Origin: the human T2T-CHM13v2.0 reference genome, Homo sapiens
DNA: 64,000 nt
Strand: one strand, 5' to 3'
NCBI RefSeq assembly: GCF_009914755.1
Contig: NC_060937.1
Shown here: positions 48,990 to 63,554 of the stretch, piece by piece
Layout of the letters: each line of letters starts with the position of its first letter
Position numbering within the stretch: position 1 is the stretch's first letter
The notes under the pieces: generated by a model
The model's database searches: none
Told to the model about the DNA's origin: nothing
Seen by the model: only the letters and a program-made list of their open reading frames with translations
Position numbers and translations under genes: made by a program

Positions 48990-50480
48990 AACATCAGAAT
49001 TTTTGTGCATAGTAAGAATAATATATATTTTGTCAGTTAGCTTCACTTATTGCTTTTATTTGTTAATTTGGGGAGAACTGGAAACACTATTAGCAACCAT
49101 TGGAGTCCTTAACATTTTGGTTATTTTTCACTTAAGAAAAGATACGGCTTTATTTATTAAAGCACTTTTTACCTCTCAGTTGATTTTTTTCCTTTAGATA
49201 CTATATGTTTCTTATTAGGTTTTATCTTTATATTCCATTTTTTTTTAAATTTTTATTCTGAATGATGTTTTCTTATATTTTATTTTACTTGATTTTAACT
49301 GGTGTTAATTTTTTGTAAGTTCATGTTAAAAATCGATCAAATTTCTGAATTTTGTTCCTCTTTTTAGTAGTTTCTCAGCTGAGTCTATTGGTGTCTCAAG
49401 GTATAATACCCTTAAATAATATTTTTTCTTCCTCCTTTAAGGTGTGTTTTCTTTTTTTAAAAAACGTCTTATTGTGTTTGTCAGTACTTCCAGAACAATG
49501 TTAAGTACTATTCAAGATCATCAATATGCTTGGATTTTTCCCGACAGTAATCAAACTATTTCGAGGGGTTCATCATTAAGTATGATACTCAACTATTCAG
49601 CTAAATATGTTTAGGTGAAACAAAGTTCTTTATTTAAAATAAGAAAATATATTGACTATTCTTACTGATATATTTCTTTAAAGATGAAATCATACCTTTT
49701 AACACCCAATAAAAAATGATAAAAGCATTCTCTTTCCTACTGCCATGAAATCTATCTCTAATCCCTTATTTTTACTAAAATGTTCTTGCACTTTTCTGGT
49801 GCATTATGTTTTTGCTATAATTTTTTTCTTAATGTATTTTTTCTTTTAAACTTAGAACACTTTCATTCAATTAAATAATTACAAGGCACCACAGAGAATA
49901 TGATTATTCTTTGTCATAATAACAGTGTGTTCTTTCAGTCTGCAGATGTTTAGCTTTACATCTATGTTTAACTAAACAAATGGTTCCCACTATTCTTTCA
50001 TGTAATATCTTCCTTTATTCCAACTTCTTTGTTTACTTTTTAAATTTTATGTTGTATATATTTGATTATCAAGTAGTATTTTCTTTCCTCCATCCTCAAG
50101 AAGAGCTCTTAGCTGTTATAACTTTGGAGTCCTTTTGTGTATACCTTGCATTTTCATTGTTTTTCTGCTTTCATTAAACTTGGATGGGTGTAAATTTCTA
50201 GAGTAACACTTATATTTCTCCTCAGATATTGGTAGATGTTACAAAGCCTTTGAATATTGTTGTGGAAGAATTAAATTAACTTGATTTATTCCCCTTAGTG
50301 GTGACCTGCAATTTATGTCTTACTGGCCATAAGATTATTTCTTAATTGTGAATTTCACCTGGAAGCATGCCTATGTTGATTCTTTGTCATAATTACAGCG
50401 TGTTCTTTCTATCTGCAGATTATAAATTCCCTCATCTAGGAAAATTTCTTATTTTCTATACTTGATTATGTCTTCAAATT
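48990..50480 (-). mobile_element. Highly diverged L1ME-like fragments
   Basis: T-rich strand with motifs such as gtacttccagaacaatgttaa and cattaagtatgatact. Confidence 0.45.
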
Positions 50481-51729
50481 GACTTTTTGAAGTTGTTCTC
50501 TACTTCTCTAATCTCTTTGCTCCATTCATCTTATTTATTGTGTAGTCTGCATTATTTTCTTCACCAGCCAAATTCCTAATAGGTGCCCATCAGTGTGCCA
50601 AACACTATGGCTGTACAATGAGAGTGAAGATATTTCCATTTTCTTAGAAAATTTTCCATCGTTTTATTGCTGAAAAAGATTGACAACTATTATTCATGTG
50701 TTTGTTTTAATTGTATGGTCATAACTAAACAAAACAAAACAAAAAGCTAAATTTAGTTTGCAACCCTTATGTAGGACTTCAAATATACAAGCTGCATGTA
50801 AGATAATGATTAGTCAATTGGATAAACATTCTCTGTCTATGTGTAAGTACCTTTCTACTCTACACACTACAAGCTTTGAATAGCACAGAGATGGAGTCAC
50901 ATACTGTTATAGACTGTAGTGTATGTTAATAATCTTGGTAGGCAAAAGTGAATGAAGTAGATGTCCAGACAAACTCCTAAAGTTTTTCAACTTAGGGAGA
51001 AAAAATCAAAATATGGAAGATTGAAGAGGGGAGTTTCTCTAGCAAGTAGAGACAGAAAGCAATGAAAAGATGGGAGAGCACATTTTTTATTTTTTTAAGG
51101 TTTAATTCACTTTAATTATAAAACAGATGATAGACTATAGAGTACAGCAAAGAGACTATTAGCAACATCTTCATGTCTGTGACTTGCATTGGAAGCTGCT
51201 AATTTTGTTTAATTGCAATCACAATGATATCTATTGTTTTAATAATTCAACTTAAAGGTAATGAATGAGTTGGATGCTTCTGCTATACTTCCAATTCTGG
51301 TCCTGATTCTTATTTTTATTTTAAATATTAAAAAATTTATGACTAAAGCTTCCAAGTAACTCTCCTCCAGGACCCAGGCCTTTGCTAGTTATTGGAAATC
51401 TGTACTTCCTTAATCTGAAGAGGCCGTATCAAACCATGCTAGAGGCAAAAAATAAGTAATTGTTCATTTTATACATATTTATAATTTCCTAAGTATTTCT
51501 TGCCTGTGTGGTTTCATTAGCATGTGTATCTTAAAAACTGGTTTACATATGTGTAATGAGGTGATTAATATTCAAAATAAATAGAGCTGCTTTAAATTGA
51601 GTAGTTGTTTTTAAATTTGAATATATAAAAATTTACTAAATATAATTCTATTTAAAATGATATTTTTATCCTGAAATATTTATGACATATAACCTTTATG
51701 TCAAATACTTTGAACTTTTTTTTAATGCA

Positions 51730-52182
51730 TTTTTTATTTCAGTTGGTTTTGCAGGAACAGGTGATGTTTGGTTACATGAATAAGTTCTTTAGCAGTGATT
51801 TCTGAGATTTGATGTACCCATCACCCAAGCAGTGTACATTGTACACAGTGTGTAGTCTTTTATCTCTCACTCCCCTCCCACCCTTTCCCCCAAGTCCCCA
51901 AAGTCCATCGTATCATTCTTATACCCTTGCGTCTTCATACCTTAGGTCCCTGTTATGAGTGAGACCATACGATGTTTGGATTTCCATTCCTGAGTTAGTT
52001 AACTTAGAATAATTAGAATAATGGTCTCCAATTCCATCCAGGTTGCTGCGAATGCCATTATTTCATTCCTTTTTATGCCTATTATTCCATTTTATATATA
52101 TATATATAAAAATGGAAGATATCTATATAAAATGGAATATATATAAAATGGAATATATATATAATGGAATATATATATAATG

Positions 52183-52223
<41 letters not shown>

Positions 52224-52886
52224 ATTTTCTTTATCCACTCATTGATTAATGGGCATTTGGGCTGGTTCCATATTTTTGCAATTGCAAATTGTGCTGCTAT
52301 AAACATGTGTATGCAAGTATCTTTTTCACACAGTAACATCTTTTCCTCTGGGTAGATACCTAGTAGTGGGATTGCTGGATCAAATGGTAGATCTACTTTT
52401 AGTTCTTTAAGGAATCTCCACATGGAGATTCCATGGTGGTTGTACTAGTTTACATTCCCACCAACAATGTAAAAGTGTTCCCTTTTCTCCACATGCACAC
52501 CAACATCTATTTTTAATTTTTTTTTTGATTATGGTCATTCTTACAGGAGTGAGGTGGTATGGCATTGTGGTTTTGACTTGCCCCTGACAATTAGTGATGT
52601 TGAGCATTTTTCTGTATGATTTTTGGCCATTTGTATATCTTTTTTTGAGAATTGTCTATTTATGTCCTTAGCCCAATTTTTGATGGAATTGTTTTTTTTT
52701 TCTTTCTAATTTGTTTGAGTTCCTTGTAGATTCTAGATATTAGTCCTTTGTCGAATTTCTAGATTGTGAAGATTTTCTCCCATTCTGTGGCTTGTCTGTT
52801 AACTCTGCTGATTGTTTCTTTTGCTGTGCAGAAGCTTTTTAGTTTAGTTAAGTCACATCTATTTATCTTTGCTTTTGTTGCATTTG
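51730..52886 (-). mobile_element. L1PB1-like 3' fragment
   Basis: ggaacaggtgatgtttggttacatgaataagttctttagcagtgatttctgagattt; ORFs 52220..52607 encode the ORF2 C-terminus; tgcattt at both ends. Confidence 0.92.
52085..52220. repeat. AT-rich fold-back palindrome plus (atatataaaatgga)-type tandem array and (AT)n
   Basis: ttccatttt-(at)n-aaaatggaa followed by four more atggaatat-containing units. Confidence 0.9.
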
Positions 52887-54149
52887 GAAAGCAAATTCTT
52901 AAATAAGGCACTATTATTAGTAGGCAAATGTACAAGTTTTATTTACACATTCCTTCACCTCACCTCTGATAAGTTTACCCTGAGGAATAAAGGGTAATAG
53001 TGAGGAACCAATTTTTAGCAGTCTGTTTGGAACATATTTTGAAGACTTTTCCCCCTAAATTATAATTCTCTTTTTAATTCTCCAATTTCAGGAAAGGCTA
53101 CTGCACATATAGCACATTTACACTGGTGAACTATGGTGGGTAATTCAGTTTGGGGACAGAAAAAAGAACAATTTGGCATTATCCTTGAGTCACCTTTCTA
53201 CTCAGGCCCCAGCACTGGGACTAACATCATCTTAAGGGAGAATGGAAGTAGTGGAATTCTAGACTGTCATAGCAAGGAGCCATGGGGAAATGAGAAACCT
53301 CTTCTCCACGTAAGAATTACCTTGGTTTCTTATTAAAGACACAGATTCCCAGTAGGTCTATAACTTGAGACCTGGGAATTTGTATATTAGCCAAGACTCA
53401 TATTATGATGAATTGTAATTATAACATGATTATAATTATACTTTCTAATTATAATATAATTATATTTATATGATTAATTATATTTAATACATAAATATGT
53501 TATATATTACATATAATTATGATTATTTTGTGAATATCTGAACTGCAGGCTGTTTCATCATTAAAATGACACAAATAAGGCAGTTATAAGTGTTTTCATT
53601 TTCACTGTTGTTTGTGTGTGTGACAATACAAGTGTGTTGCCATGCCGGCATCTCCTAAAATTTGTATTTATTTGATTTACCAAAAAATGTAAAGTATAAG
53701 TTTATTTTTTTCCACAGGCAAAACTTGGTCCCGAGTGGAATAACATTTTAATAATGCAAAAGCATGTTTCATTTGCAATTAATTTGTTCTGCAGCAAATT
53801 TCTGGAACTCATCATTTCAATAAACAAGTATAACTGCCATTTATGAAAAGATAAACTAGAAACTTTGAGTATTATACAAATATATAATCCAAGGAAATAT
53901 ATTTAATTCTATTTTCAGATTGGTTCATATATGTTCTCATATAGTCATAGCGCAAATTTTTTCAGAAGCAAACACATGAAACATTTTGTTATAGTATTAA
54001 GTGTAAATGCAATTCCACTATCAATCTTATATCTAAGTATTTCAATATTTGACATTTAAGTGAATTTGGAAAATATAACTAGACTAAGGTAGATTACACT
54101 CTCAGCCTATGAGTCATCAGACTTTTCATATTTCTAAATAAGTAATGGC

Positions 54150-54547
54150 ACAGGTGGGTAGTCAGGTATCAGGCACACATTGGAGTTTGCTGTGCAGACT
54201 CAGTGAGTGTGCTTGGAATCAATGACTACAGAATGTAGGGGAAAGAAGCTGGATTATGCAGAGGGATAAGTCTTGAGAGCAAATCTATAGTCATCTTCAG
54301 ATCTAGAATGAACCATCAGAATTTTCCTATTTGGGACCAAAACAGTCAGACGCTTATATTGTTCCTAGATCAATCACTGAATATGGGCTGTTGTGGTGTC
54401 AGTGTGACTTGAAAGAGCCAACTCTCCATAGGAGAGGCACTCCCTAAAGGAGCTGAGAGTAGAGGACCACCTTCCAACACCAATCCCATCAGGACTCTCA
54501 CTCCTTCCTTTAACTGGAATTTAGGGTACATGATAGTGTCCACTACA
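54150..54547 (-). mobile_element. LTR16-like ERVL LTR (3' LTR of the adjacent provirus remnant)
   Basis: Ends gtgtccactaca, abutting gttcaccctt (purine tract on the minus strand). Confidence 0.65.
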
Positions 54548-57500
54548 GTTCACCCTTTGTAATGTTGGATCCATTTCATATGCATTTTGATGGCAGTTCT
54601 TCCAGGTATCAGATTGGCCTGTCTTCATGGAGAATCTTTTTTTTTCCTTCACCCCAGGGGAGCTAAGAGAATCTTAGAAGTGGGAGGTTAGTAAGAAAAG
54701 TACAGTCCCCAATGCCTCGATGTGGCAACAGATATTTGTCTTCTTTCACTCTTATCTATTCCGGAGTCTGCTCCCCATCAGCTAGCACCTATTGCCAGTC
54801 TTGTAGTATTTCCTGTTAGCATGACACAGACCTTCATCTCCAAGGGGTCACCTTGGAGGATTAATTCACTTATCAATTTCAGAATTGGGCAAAGGTGTAT
54901 GAAAAGACATGCAGTGAGTTATCTAGGTGCCCAGTAGGCCCACCTCCTGCTGATGATCTGGGTCAATTATCCATGACAGATTGGTGACTCCTTTTATTGC
55001 CTTCTGGTCCCTTATATGAAGTCTTGACCCAAGAGTCAGGATGCTCAATTAGAACAATGAGTCAAACTAAAGTAACCATCAAGTATTTGGTTACTTGCTC
55101 TGACTGTGTAAGCAAGAGACAAAATAAGCACTGGCTTCTCAATGTTCCATTTTCCCCTATGGAACAGAACCCAGTGAGAGTCAGGTGGATCAGCACAGAT
55201 AGGGGAATTGAGTCAGAGTGGAGAAATATCTTAGTCAAGAGCTCCTGATGAGGAGGTAAAGCAAAAAAGCCTCAGCTCAGGCCACCTAATAAAGAGCCCT
55301 TACAATGGTGGTGCCTGGCCTAGGTATGCAGATATGTATATAAGCATGACTGGCCTGGGGAGGGGGTCTGGGTCCTTGGCAGCACTCCCTCCAGAACACT
55401 GGAAGGCTGTGGCCTTGCACTACATCTACAGTGGATGGGACAGATTTCTCACATGACACCTGATAGGCAGACTATTTAATTGCCTGTCTGAAAAATCATA
55501 CCAGATTTTAGCCTGAAGCTGAATTCCTCACCAAACAGGATTAGTCTCCTAGATTTCAATATGACTTGCTGTTTCCCTTGCTGGAGTGTTTCCCCCATTG
55601 AGAACTAAAATTTCTAATCCCGTAGAGCCTAGATGTTCCGGGATAGGAAGTAAATACATTCATGTGCTACATAATGATGTTTTGGTCAACGACAAACTGC
55701 ATATACAACGGTGGTCCCATAAGATTATAATCTTATGGGATTATGTGTGCATACTGTATGTTTATGAACATTTTTTATACCTAGATATGATTAGATATGC
55801 AAATGCTTACCATTGTGTTACAGTTACCTACAGTATTCAGCACAGTAACATGCTGTACAAGTTTGTAGTTCAGAAGTAAGAAGCTATACTAAATAGCTTA
55901 TGTGTGTAGGAGACTACACCACCTAAGTTTGTGTGAGTGTACTCTATAATGTTTGCATGATGACAAAATTGTCTTAAGATATATTTATCAGAATGCATCC
56001 CCATCTTTAAGCAACATCTGTCTGTATTCTTCCAGAGACTATTGGAAATTATGGTCACTTTGGCTTGTCTTTTTCCATGTGGATGTCTTCTCTATAAATT
56101 TCCCCTAAAGATGACATAGACTCATATAAATATCTTCACTTCAAAGTGTATATTGCATCTTGGAAGATGGTTTCCAGTCCTCTTAAGGTCTCACTTCTGA
56201 GTTGCCAGTTCAGCTTTGCCATCAGAATACCATTCCAATTTTCTATCAGAACAACAGCTTCTAGGTCACGTGACTTAATAAGTTGACCTGGAGTCATGGC
56301 TCATTCACATATATCCTTTCAGACAAAATCATATCATTGTTGGAAGCAATATTTTTTGTCATCCCATACCATTAGATCAAATACGCTATAAGCCCTCTCC
56401 TGCAGTGGTGTTGGTTGAGGTCCTGTGGGCAGATAAACCAAATCCATGTCCATAATATGTCTCTATTCTTGTCTGAGTGAACTCTAGCCTGAAGGGTGGA
56501 AGGAGATTTATGTTGTCAACTTAGCAGAGTGGCTTGTTTGTCTCCTCAGTGGTTTGTGCCACGTTGCAGACTTAGCATTTCTACTGCTGACAGGTTGAGC
56601 ACTCAGCACTGCAATAGCTTGATTAGCTTTAAGTGGGAGCCCATATTATCAGGCCATTGAAATGACATCTCTGCCACCCTGACCATATTAATGGAGTGGT
56701 CATGGTGGCAGACCTAAGGTTCCAGGACTGGGTGGCTGATGAAAGAGACTTGCTGAAATAAACAGGTGACAAAATAGTTTTGCTTAATTGGTGGTTTAGT
56801 GTCACCTTTTGTGATGAATGCTTTCTGGTGGGTGTTAATATGATACAAAAACCTTTACACTTTCTCCCCACTCCTATGTGTCCATTCACAGGCTTCTATG
56901 TAAAGCTTCTTTGTCCCCAGGCTTCCAATTTTTCTCAACCTAGGTCCCTGAGTAGTAGATCAGGTGATTATTCATGTTCACAAGGCAGTATATATTCTAA
57001 CTTCAAACTACTCCCAAACAAATTGGAAGACCACGTGTACTGCCTGAAAGTCTACCCACTGGGAGAACTTCTCTTATAAAGTTTTTCAAGGCCACCCTTG
57101 AATTAGGCTTTTTAGTGTAGCTGCTATCCATTTTTGGCTTATATTAACTTGCTGAGAGAAACTATCCAGGAATCCAGCTCAGGCTTTTTTTCTGCTTCAT
57201 CAGCTCAATGTATGGAATTCCAAATACAGCCTTAGATGTGTGCTGAGCAAGCGGCAATGATGCTTAAGTTGTTGATGGCATGGGTTCTGTGCTACCCATT
57301 CAATAAGTTTGTTTGCATCCTTTTTCCTGGTCATACTTAATTCTGGTTATACTACTTCACACTGATGGTGGATTTTTGCTGAACTTGACCAATTATATCA
57401 GTTAGAGCATCTTTTAGAACCCAGCTTATTATGGACAGTTCCAGACACATATCACGTTTTCCATATTCAGCTACTTCTTTCCTGGGCTCACTAGAGTTGT

Positions 57501-58760
57501 TTTTCAATAGGTGTATATTTCTGCTACAAATCAAATGACCTTGATTTAGATTCCTCAGTAATTGCTTTGTGATTTTTCCCACAGACACTTGCCATAAACT
57601 TCACTAATAGACCTAATAAGATAAGAATTGTCAGGTTCTTTGGTCCAAGTTGCAGGATTGCTTGCAAAGAAATGCAGAATGCTTTTACTTTAGATGGGGT
57701 GGATATCCTGGAAAACCTCTGGTCAATAGGCCCTTAAAAATTTTACTGATAACATAGTCCCTAAAAATTCATAGAATTTGTCTTCCACTCCCTGGAATAT
57801 GTGTCTTACCAAAGCCTTCAAATTGTTAGGTACTTTTGTTCATCCCATTCCATTAGCAAGATGTCCTCTATGCAATGGATGGCATTTTTTACCTTTTATT
57901 TTTTGGGCAATCTACATATGTGGGCAAATACCAATATACCAAAAATAGCAAAATTCCAAATATTTGGAAGTGTCATATTAAAGAACACAAGAGTGAACAT
58001 AGACCTGAAAAAAACTGTAAATAAATACCACATCCACTCAAATTAATAAACACTGTTTATAAGCCTCTTTTTAATATGGATAAAAATAGCATATTTGCTA
58101 TTATTGATGGCTGTCATGAATTTTGGCCATGTAACTCAGCTCTAGCACAAGTACCATGTCTGACCATTGCAACTGCACTGGGGGTGCTACTAACTGAGTT
58201 TGTGGTAGTGCGAGGTCATCCTCTAGAATCCCTCCAGGTTTCTGTTAAGGAAATATTGGTGAATTAAATGGACAATTGAAAGAAATCAACACTTCAAATG
58301 GTGCTAGTTTAAGAGTGATGCAAGTTTCTACCTTCCTCTCCTAGAATGTGATACTTTTGCTGATTATCTTATTTAGGATGGGAACTGCAGTTTCAGGGGC
58401 TCCTATTTGGGCTTCCCACCATAATAGTTATTACCTCATAGACCAAGAACTTATTGTGAAGGTTGCACTAGCAATCAAGTATATCTATCTTTACCTTAGC
58501 AGATTTGGTTTGGTCTGTGGAATTAATATGAGCTGCATATTATCCAGTGATCTAGGTATTAATTAACCTACATATGCAACACATTTAAAGAGGAGACATA
58601 CTGATGCTTCTAGTCTCTGGATGTCAGTGTTCACAAGAACTCAAAATGTTTGGATATCTCTCTTTTCCCAGTGTACATTAACTTGACTAAAATGGCTGGG
58701 CAAAAAGTAGGTGAATCGTTATCTTTAACATTTCCCATGCTGTTGCAGAATCTTTCTCCC
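54548..58760 (-). mobile_element. Degenerate ERVL internal region (ERV3-16A3_I/ERVL-like pol remnant)
   Basis: Minus-strand 57841-57880 translates IHCIEDILLMEWD, a decayed RT HYIDDILL motif; adjacent to an LTR; no long ORF. Confidence 0.7.
55657..56024. mobile_element. Tigger3-type (MER7/GOLEM) DNA transposon inserted in the ERVL
   Basis: ggtcaacgacaaactgcatatacaacggtggtcccataagattataat; TA dinucleotides flank both ends. Confidence 0.88.
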
Positions 58761-59360
58761 AAAGGACCTACCATCCTCTTTAACAAGTGAGTTCTGAATC
58801 AAATAGTGGCTCAAATTCAGAAACTAGGAAAACAATTCTAACTTTTTAATAAAGCAACTTCCTTCAGTTTCCAGATAATCATGTTTTCAAAATGTCTTCT
58901 TGGTGTAAAAGTTGAGTGATATCATTCTTAAGCACTCACTTATTTTGACCATCACTTTTTTCATCCTTTTAAAAGTAATTTACATAGAATTCACATCATC
59001 TCCTGAGACCCTTGTTGGGATGTTAAATGCTGTATCTTGAGCTAATACTCCTCAATCAACAAATGCTCATTTATCTGATGTTTCAGCCTTCAAAATCAAA
59101 CACCCTAGAATTTAAGTTCACCTGTCATGCATGTATGAAACCACTATTCTCTGTATTACAAATATTAAAAACTAAAAAAACTATAGTATCAAATGTATTA
59201 TTTGAAATTAATCAATTAAATTGTATTAATGTTAGGTAGTATTTTCAGATTCTTAAGTTTATTTATCCTAAAATACCAGTATTTTGAGTAATAAAAAAGA
59301 AATGATATTTATGTCTTCTTTATATTTAAAGCAGTTAAAGCAGAAAATTTGTCCTTTATC

Positions 59361-59782
59361 TTTTTTTCAGCTTTGTTGAGGTATGATTGACAAATCAAAA
59401 TGATATATATGGAAGGTATACAACACATTTTGATATACATATACATTGTGAAATTATTACCACGATTGAGCTAGTTAACATACCATCACCTCACATTGCT
59501 ACCTTTTGTGTATGTGTATATGGGGATCTACTCTCTTAGCAAATTTCAAGTATAAAATACATTATTAGTGACCGTGCAGTCCATTCGATCTCCAGACCTT
59601 ATTCATCTTATAACTAAAAATTTGTACTTTTTGAGCAATATCTCCCCTTTTCTCCCACTCCTCAGGTCTTGGTAACTACCATTTTATCATCTGTTACTGT
59701 AAGTTTAACATTTTCTAGATTGTACATATAAGTAAGATCAGGAAGCATTTTTTTGTCTTTCTGTGTGTGGCTTATTTCTTCC
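59361..59782 (-). mobile_element. L1MA (MA8-10-like) 3' end
   Basis: cagctttgttgaggtatgattgacaaat..atctactctcttagcaaatttcaagtat. Confidence 0.88.
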
Positions 59783-60116
59783 TTTGTATTTGTATGAATT
59801 TTTTAAGTTCATGTACACTCCCAGATTTGCTCTACACCAAAGTATGATATTACCTAAGTATGATATTAGTAACAGTGACTGTAAATAAAGTTTTATAAAG
59901 GATAAACCATAGGTAACCTCATATGATTTTCTAATATGTGTTCAGATATTTGTCTACCATTTTTTTAGCCCCAGTTGGAACTTTTGGCATGGATATGATT
60001 TAACAGTGTCTCTTCCATACCAACTGTATAAAGCTAACTGTATGGAAATTCTCCTAGAGTACTGGAAGAAATTCTGCCCTATGGGCAACTACTCTCCATG
60101 GCATTTCTATGCAACT

Positions 60117-61157
60117 TGTGACAGCAGTTTTTCTAGACTGTTTTTGCAAGAATATTTGCATAGTAAACAGCCTTAGAGGATTAAGATAGTATCTTCCTCA
60201 CAGCCAGAAAGAAAATTTGTTTACTGTCTGGGATAATCAAGCTAATGTTTCCCTCCAGTGATAAAGTTTGGGCAAATTTTTCTAATGGTCCTGTATATAA
60301 AATTAAAATTTCCTAGTCTGAGTTCTTCAGCCACAACACAAACCCAGGATGTGTGCAGCATCTACTTGGGTCTGCCGCTTCATTGCTCCCATGGGACTTG
60401 AGAGTGTTTTCTATGTCATGTAACAAATGACCATAAATATAGTTGTTTAAAACAACATGCTTTTATTGTCCCCACTCCTCTCAGGCCTAACTGAGGAAAA
60501 ATCTGTTATCAAGCTCATTCAGGTTATTGGCAGTTGTTTGTAGTTGTATGACTGAGAACCTCAGGTTTTATAAGCAGTTGGCTGGAATTTAGCGGGTACC
60601 AAGAGTTTCTAAAGGCCACAAGCAGTTCCTTGAAATATGGATTCTCCAACAAGCCTTTTGTTTTGCTTTGCTTTGTTTTGTTTTGCTTTGTTTTGTTTTG
60701 TTTTGTTTTTTGGTCAAGCCTACTGGAAGAATCTCCAAACTGCTAAGATAGAGTGTCACTTAATGAAATAGAATCATAATAGTGACATCTGATTGCTCAT
60801 GCATATGATAATCTAACAATAAAAGTGCTATCACATAGTTTTTGCCATATCGTATTTGTTACAAGTAAGTCATAATTGTCACCAATACCCAAATGAAGGG
60901 GATTACACAAATACATAAACATCAGGAAATAGAAACCTTTGTGGAAAGAAGAGGCCACCTTAAGGTCTGTTCATCACAGTGTGCAATAGGAACTGATGCA
61001 AAACTTGAAGCTCATACTGCTGGGTGTGCTGAGTAATAAAGTCTTTTGTCTCTGACGCAGGATCCCTGTGTTTTCTGCCAGCATTTATGAAAAAGTGGCA
61101 GGACAATTTGTTAGCTTGCAAGTAGGGAAGATCTCAGAACTTTTACAGCTCTTAACA
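60117..61157 (+). mobile_element. ERV-type solo LTR (MER90-like) split by an MLT1 LTR
   Basis: TG..CA ends; aataaagtcttttgtctctgac..ttgttagcttgcaagtaggg 3' region with AATAAA. Confidence 0.65.
60405..60978 (-). mobile_element. MLT1 (E-like) LTR, nested
   Basis: gtaacaaatgaccataaatatagttgtttaaaacaaca..aagctcattcaggttattggcag..gaaggggattacacaa; contains a (ttttg)n run at 60656-60712. Confidence 0.75.
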
Positions 61158-62624
61158 TGATTTGTCCCAGTCCAGTCCTGGATATTTACAAGATACTAGG
61201 AGTTTAGGGTTATATCATTCTGGCTCATTTTCCCCCTTTACTGAAAGAGGATGACCAAGAGATAGAGTTTTCCAAACTACATAGGATCTCCATCTCTACT
61301 ACTACAGACACTCAGAAACTTGGTATTTTTAAGGACAAATACAGTTGTCAGCTGGTACTTCACATCCTCATGCTTACCTATACAAGGGTTCTTGAAACTA
61401 TGGCTTTAATATTTAAAATAATTCATGTAGACTATACTTATATTAACAGTTTACTTAAATTGAATCTTCCAGACTTCCAGAGTACAACCAAAATGAGTGT
61501 GGGAAAGGTAATATACCAGAATTCAATCATGAAATTTATGATTGGTGACCTGAAAGGAATATATTGCTCCTTTCTAAACTTGACAGAGTCTCATATCATA
61601 TTTTAAAGTTTAACAATGTGTAATATCTTACTAGAACCAAAAAATACGCTATCAGGGTGGTTTGAAATGCAGATTGCTTTAAAAATTGTGCTAAAATGGC
61701 TTATTTTCTGCAGACTACTTAGCAATATGAGTTCAAAGATCACTAGTTGAATAGCCCATAAAAAGTCCATTATGTCATTTTATATACATCTAGCTGCCAA
61801 GCACTCAAGATCATAATAAGAAATTAAATAGTTCAAAGAAGACAAAGTTGTGAAAGTTAAGTGGTGAGACAATGCAATGTTCTACTGATAGACATTATCT
61901 CAATAGTTTATAAAGTGTTGATAACTCTTTACCAACCTGACTTAAGCATAGTCTTGTCCCATTGCCTAAGCAATACATTGTATAGTTCACTCAGATAGTT
62001 TCTGTATCCATAATTTAAAGGTGTTCTATGCCTCTCTTCTAAATTCTCCTTCTATTAAATATAATCATTGCAGATTTTGACAATAGTATCCACTAATTGC
62101 CATTATAATACAATAAAGAAGATAAGTGCTTCCATTCCCCATGCTATGCCAAAGCCCTTTGCAGGACCTAGGGAAAAATAAAAGTTACTCTCCTTCAGAC
62201 ACATTATTTACTTTTCGTCAACCTCTAAAATTCTCCATGAGAACACCTGGGCACTGCATCTGATTTTGCAGTGTTCCTTTTCTTTTCCAAACCTTTTCAA
62301 GCAATTAATTTGAAAGCTCCCAGAAAAGAGGAAAGCTTCTTTTTTTAAAAAAAAAATATAAACCATGAAGAATAACTGGTTTCCTGGTCATCATTTTCAT
62401 TCCCATTACAAATCCATCAGATTCATTTTACACTCTGATTCCCTAGTGGCCTTTCATCCTGTTTATCAATGTTTTCCAATCCTTAGATCATAGGAATATC
62501 ACATATACTTATGAGTAATAGAGATTTTCAGGCCCATCCTCACAGTGGCTTAATTATAGTTCCGTATGTTTTTGCACACATTTTAGTGTATAATTTTATT
62601 AGAAATATTTTACTACTAAAGCAA

Positions 62625-62910
62625 TGATGTTTTTTAAAATGTTTTTGTAAACCAATTCTCCAAGAGGAAGGAAAGGAGAAGAAGAAGGAATTGAAAAAAA
62701 AGAAAGAAAAAAGGAAGGAAGGAAGGAGGCGGGTTGGGAGGGAGGGAGGGAAACCTTGATTTGTAGTATTTGCCAATTTCCATGATGTAAATACTCTCAT
62801 CATGGCCAATATCCAGCCTAATAAGTTACTGTCCTTGGAGACAGTGTTGGGAAGAGATGCACACAATAAGATCTTGTGAACTGGTGGGAACCAGCTCCAA
62901 CATATCACTG
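62625..62910. mobile_element. MER63-like hAT element with an internal GA-rich tract
   Basis: ttgatttgtagtatttgccaatttccatgatgtaaatactc..gaaccagctccaacatatcactg. Confidence 0.7.
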
Positions 62911-63554
62911 TACCTTGGGGATTCCACTTCTACTAAATTGCTTGTAAGTTTCCTACTCATATGTATTATTTACTGCTAGTACCTGTGCTTTAGTTGCTCC
63001 CTCTCTCTGATATACAGAACTTTATTTTCTGTCTGCCTGATCAATTAATTTCTCCTGGAGATACTCACAATCCATCCGGGAAGCTATTGTTCAAGTGACA
63101 GCCTCAGATTTTTGTAGTTAGGGATAAATGTTTCTTTCATAGCACTTACCACATTATATTGCAAATATCTGTTTAAATGTCTATTTTAATCTTAAACTGA
63201 GTCACCAAGAATTATATTTCATTCATCTTACATTTTACCAGAGCATAGAAAAATGTGGGACCTAAATGTTTATATGTGAAACTCATAATTTATGATAATG
63301 AATTAATGTAATACTGAGCCAGCAATTTCAATATTGATTTAAAATTGCAAGATCTGATATATATGAAAGAGAAGTTGCAGTAGGGAGGTGATAAGGTGAT
63401 TAATGGATTTTAAAAGGATGAATAATTGAAAAAATATAGAGACAGAACTAAAAGAAATATAAGCAATGTCTTGTTCATAGTGTCAACTGGTGAATTTCCA
63501 ATGTAGAAAAATCACTGGATAGTTTTATGAACAGTATAATTGTATTTTCCACAA

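Noticed and set aside
53700-53760. Strong-looking plus-strand acceptor ttttttccacag|G
   Set aside because: No nearby donor or recognisable coding sequence.
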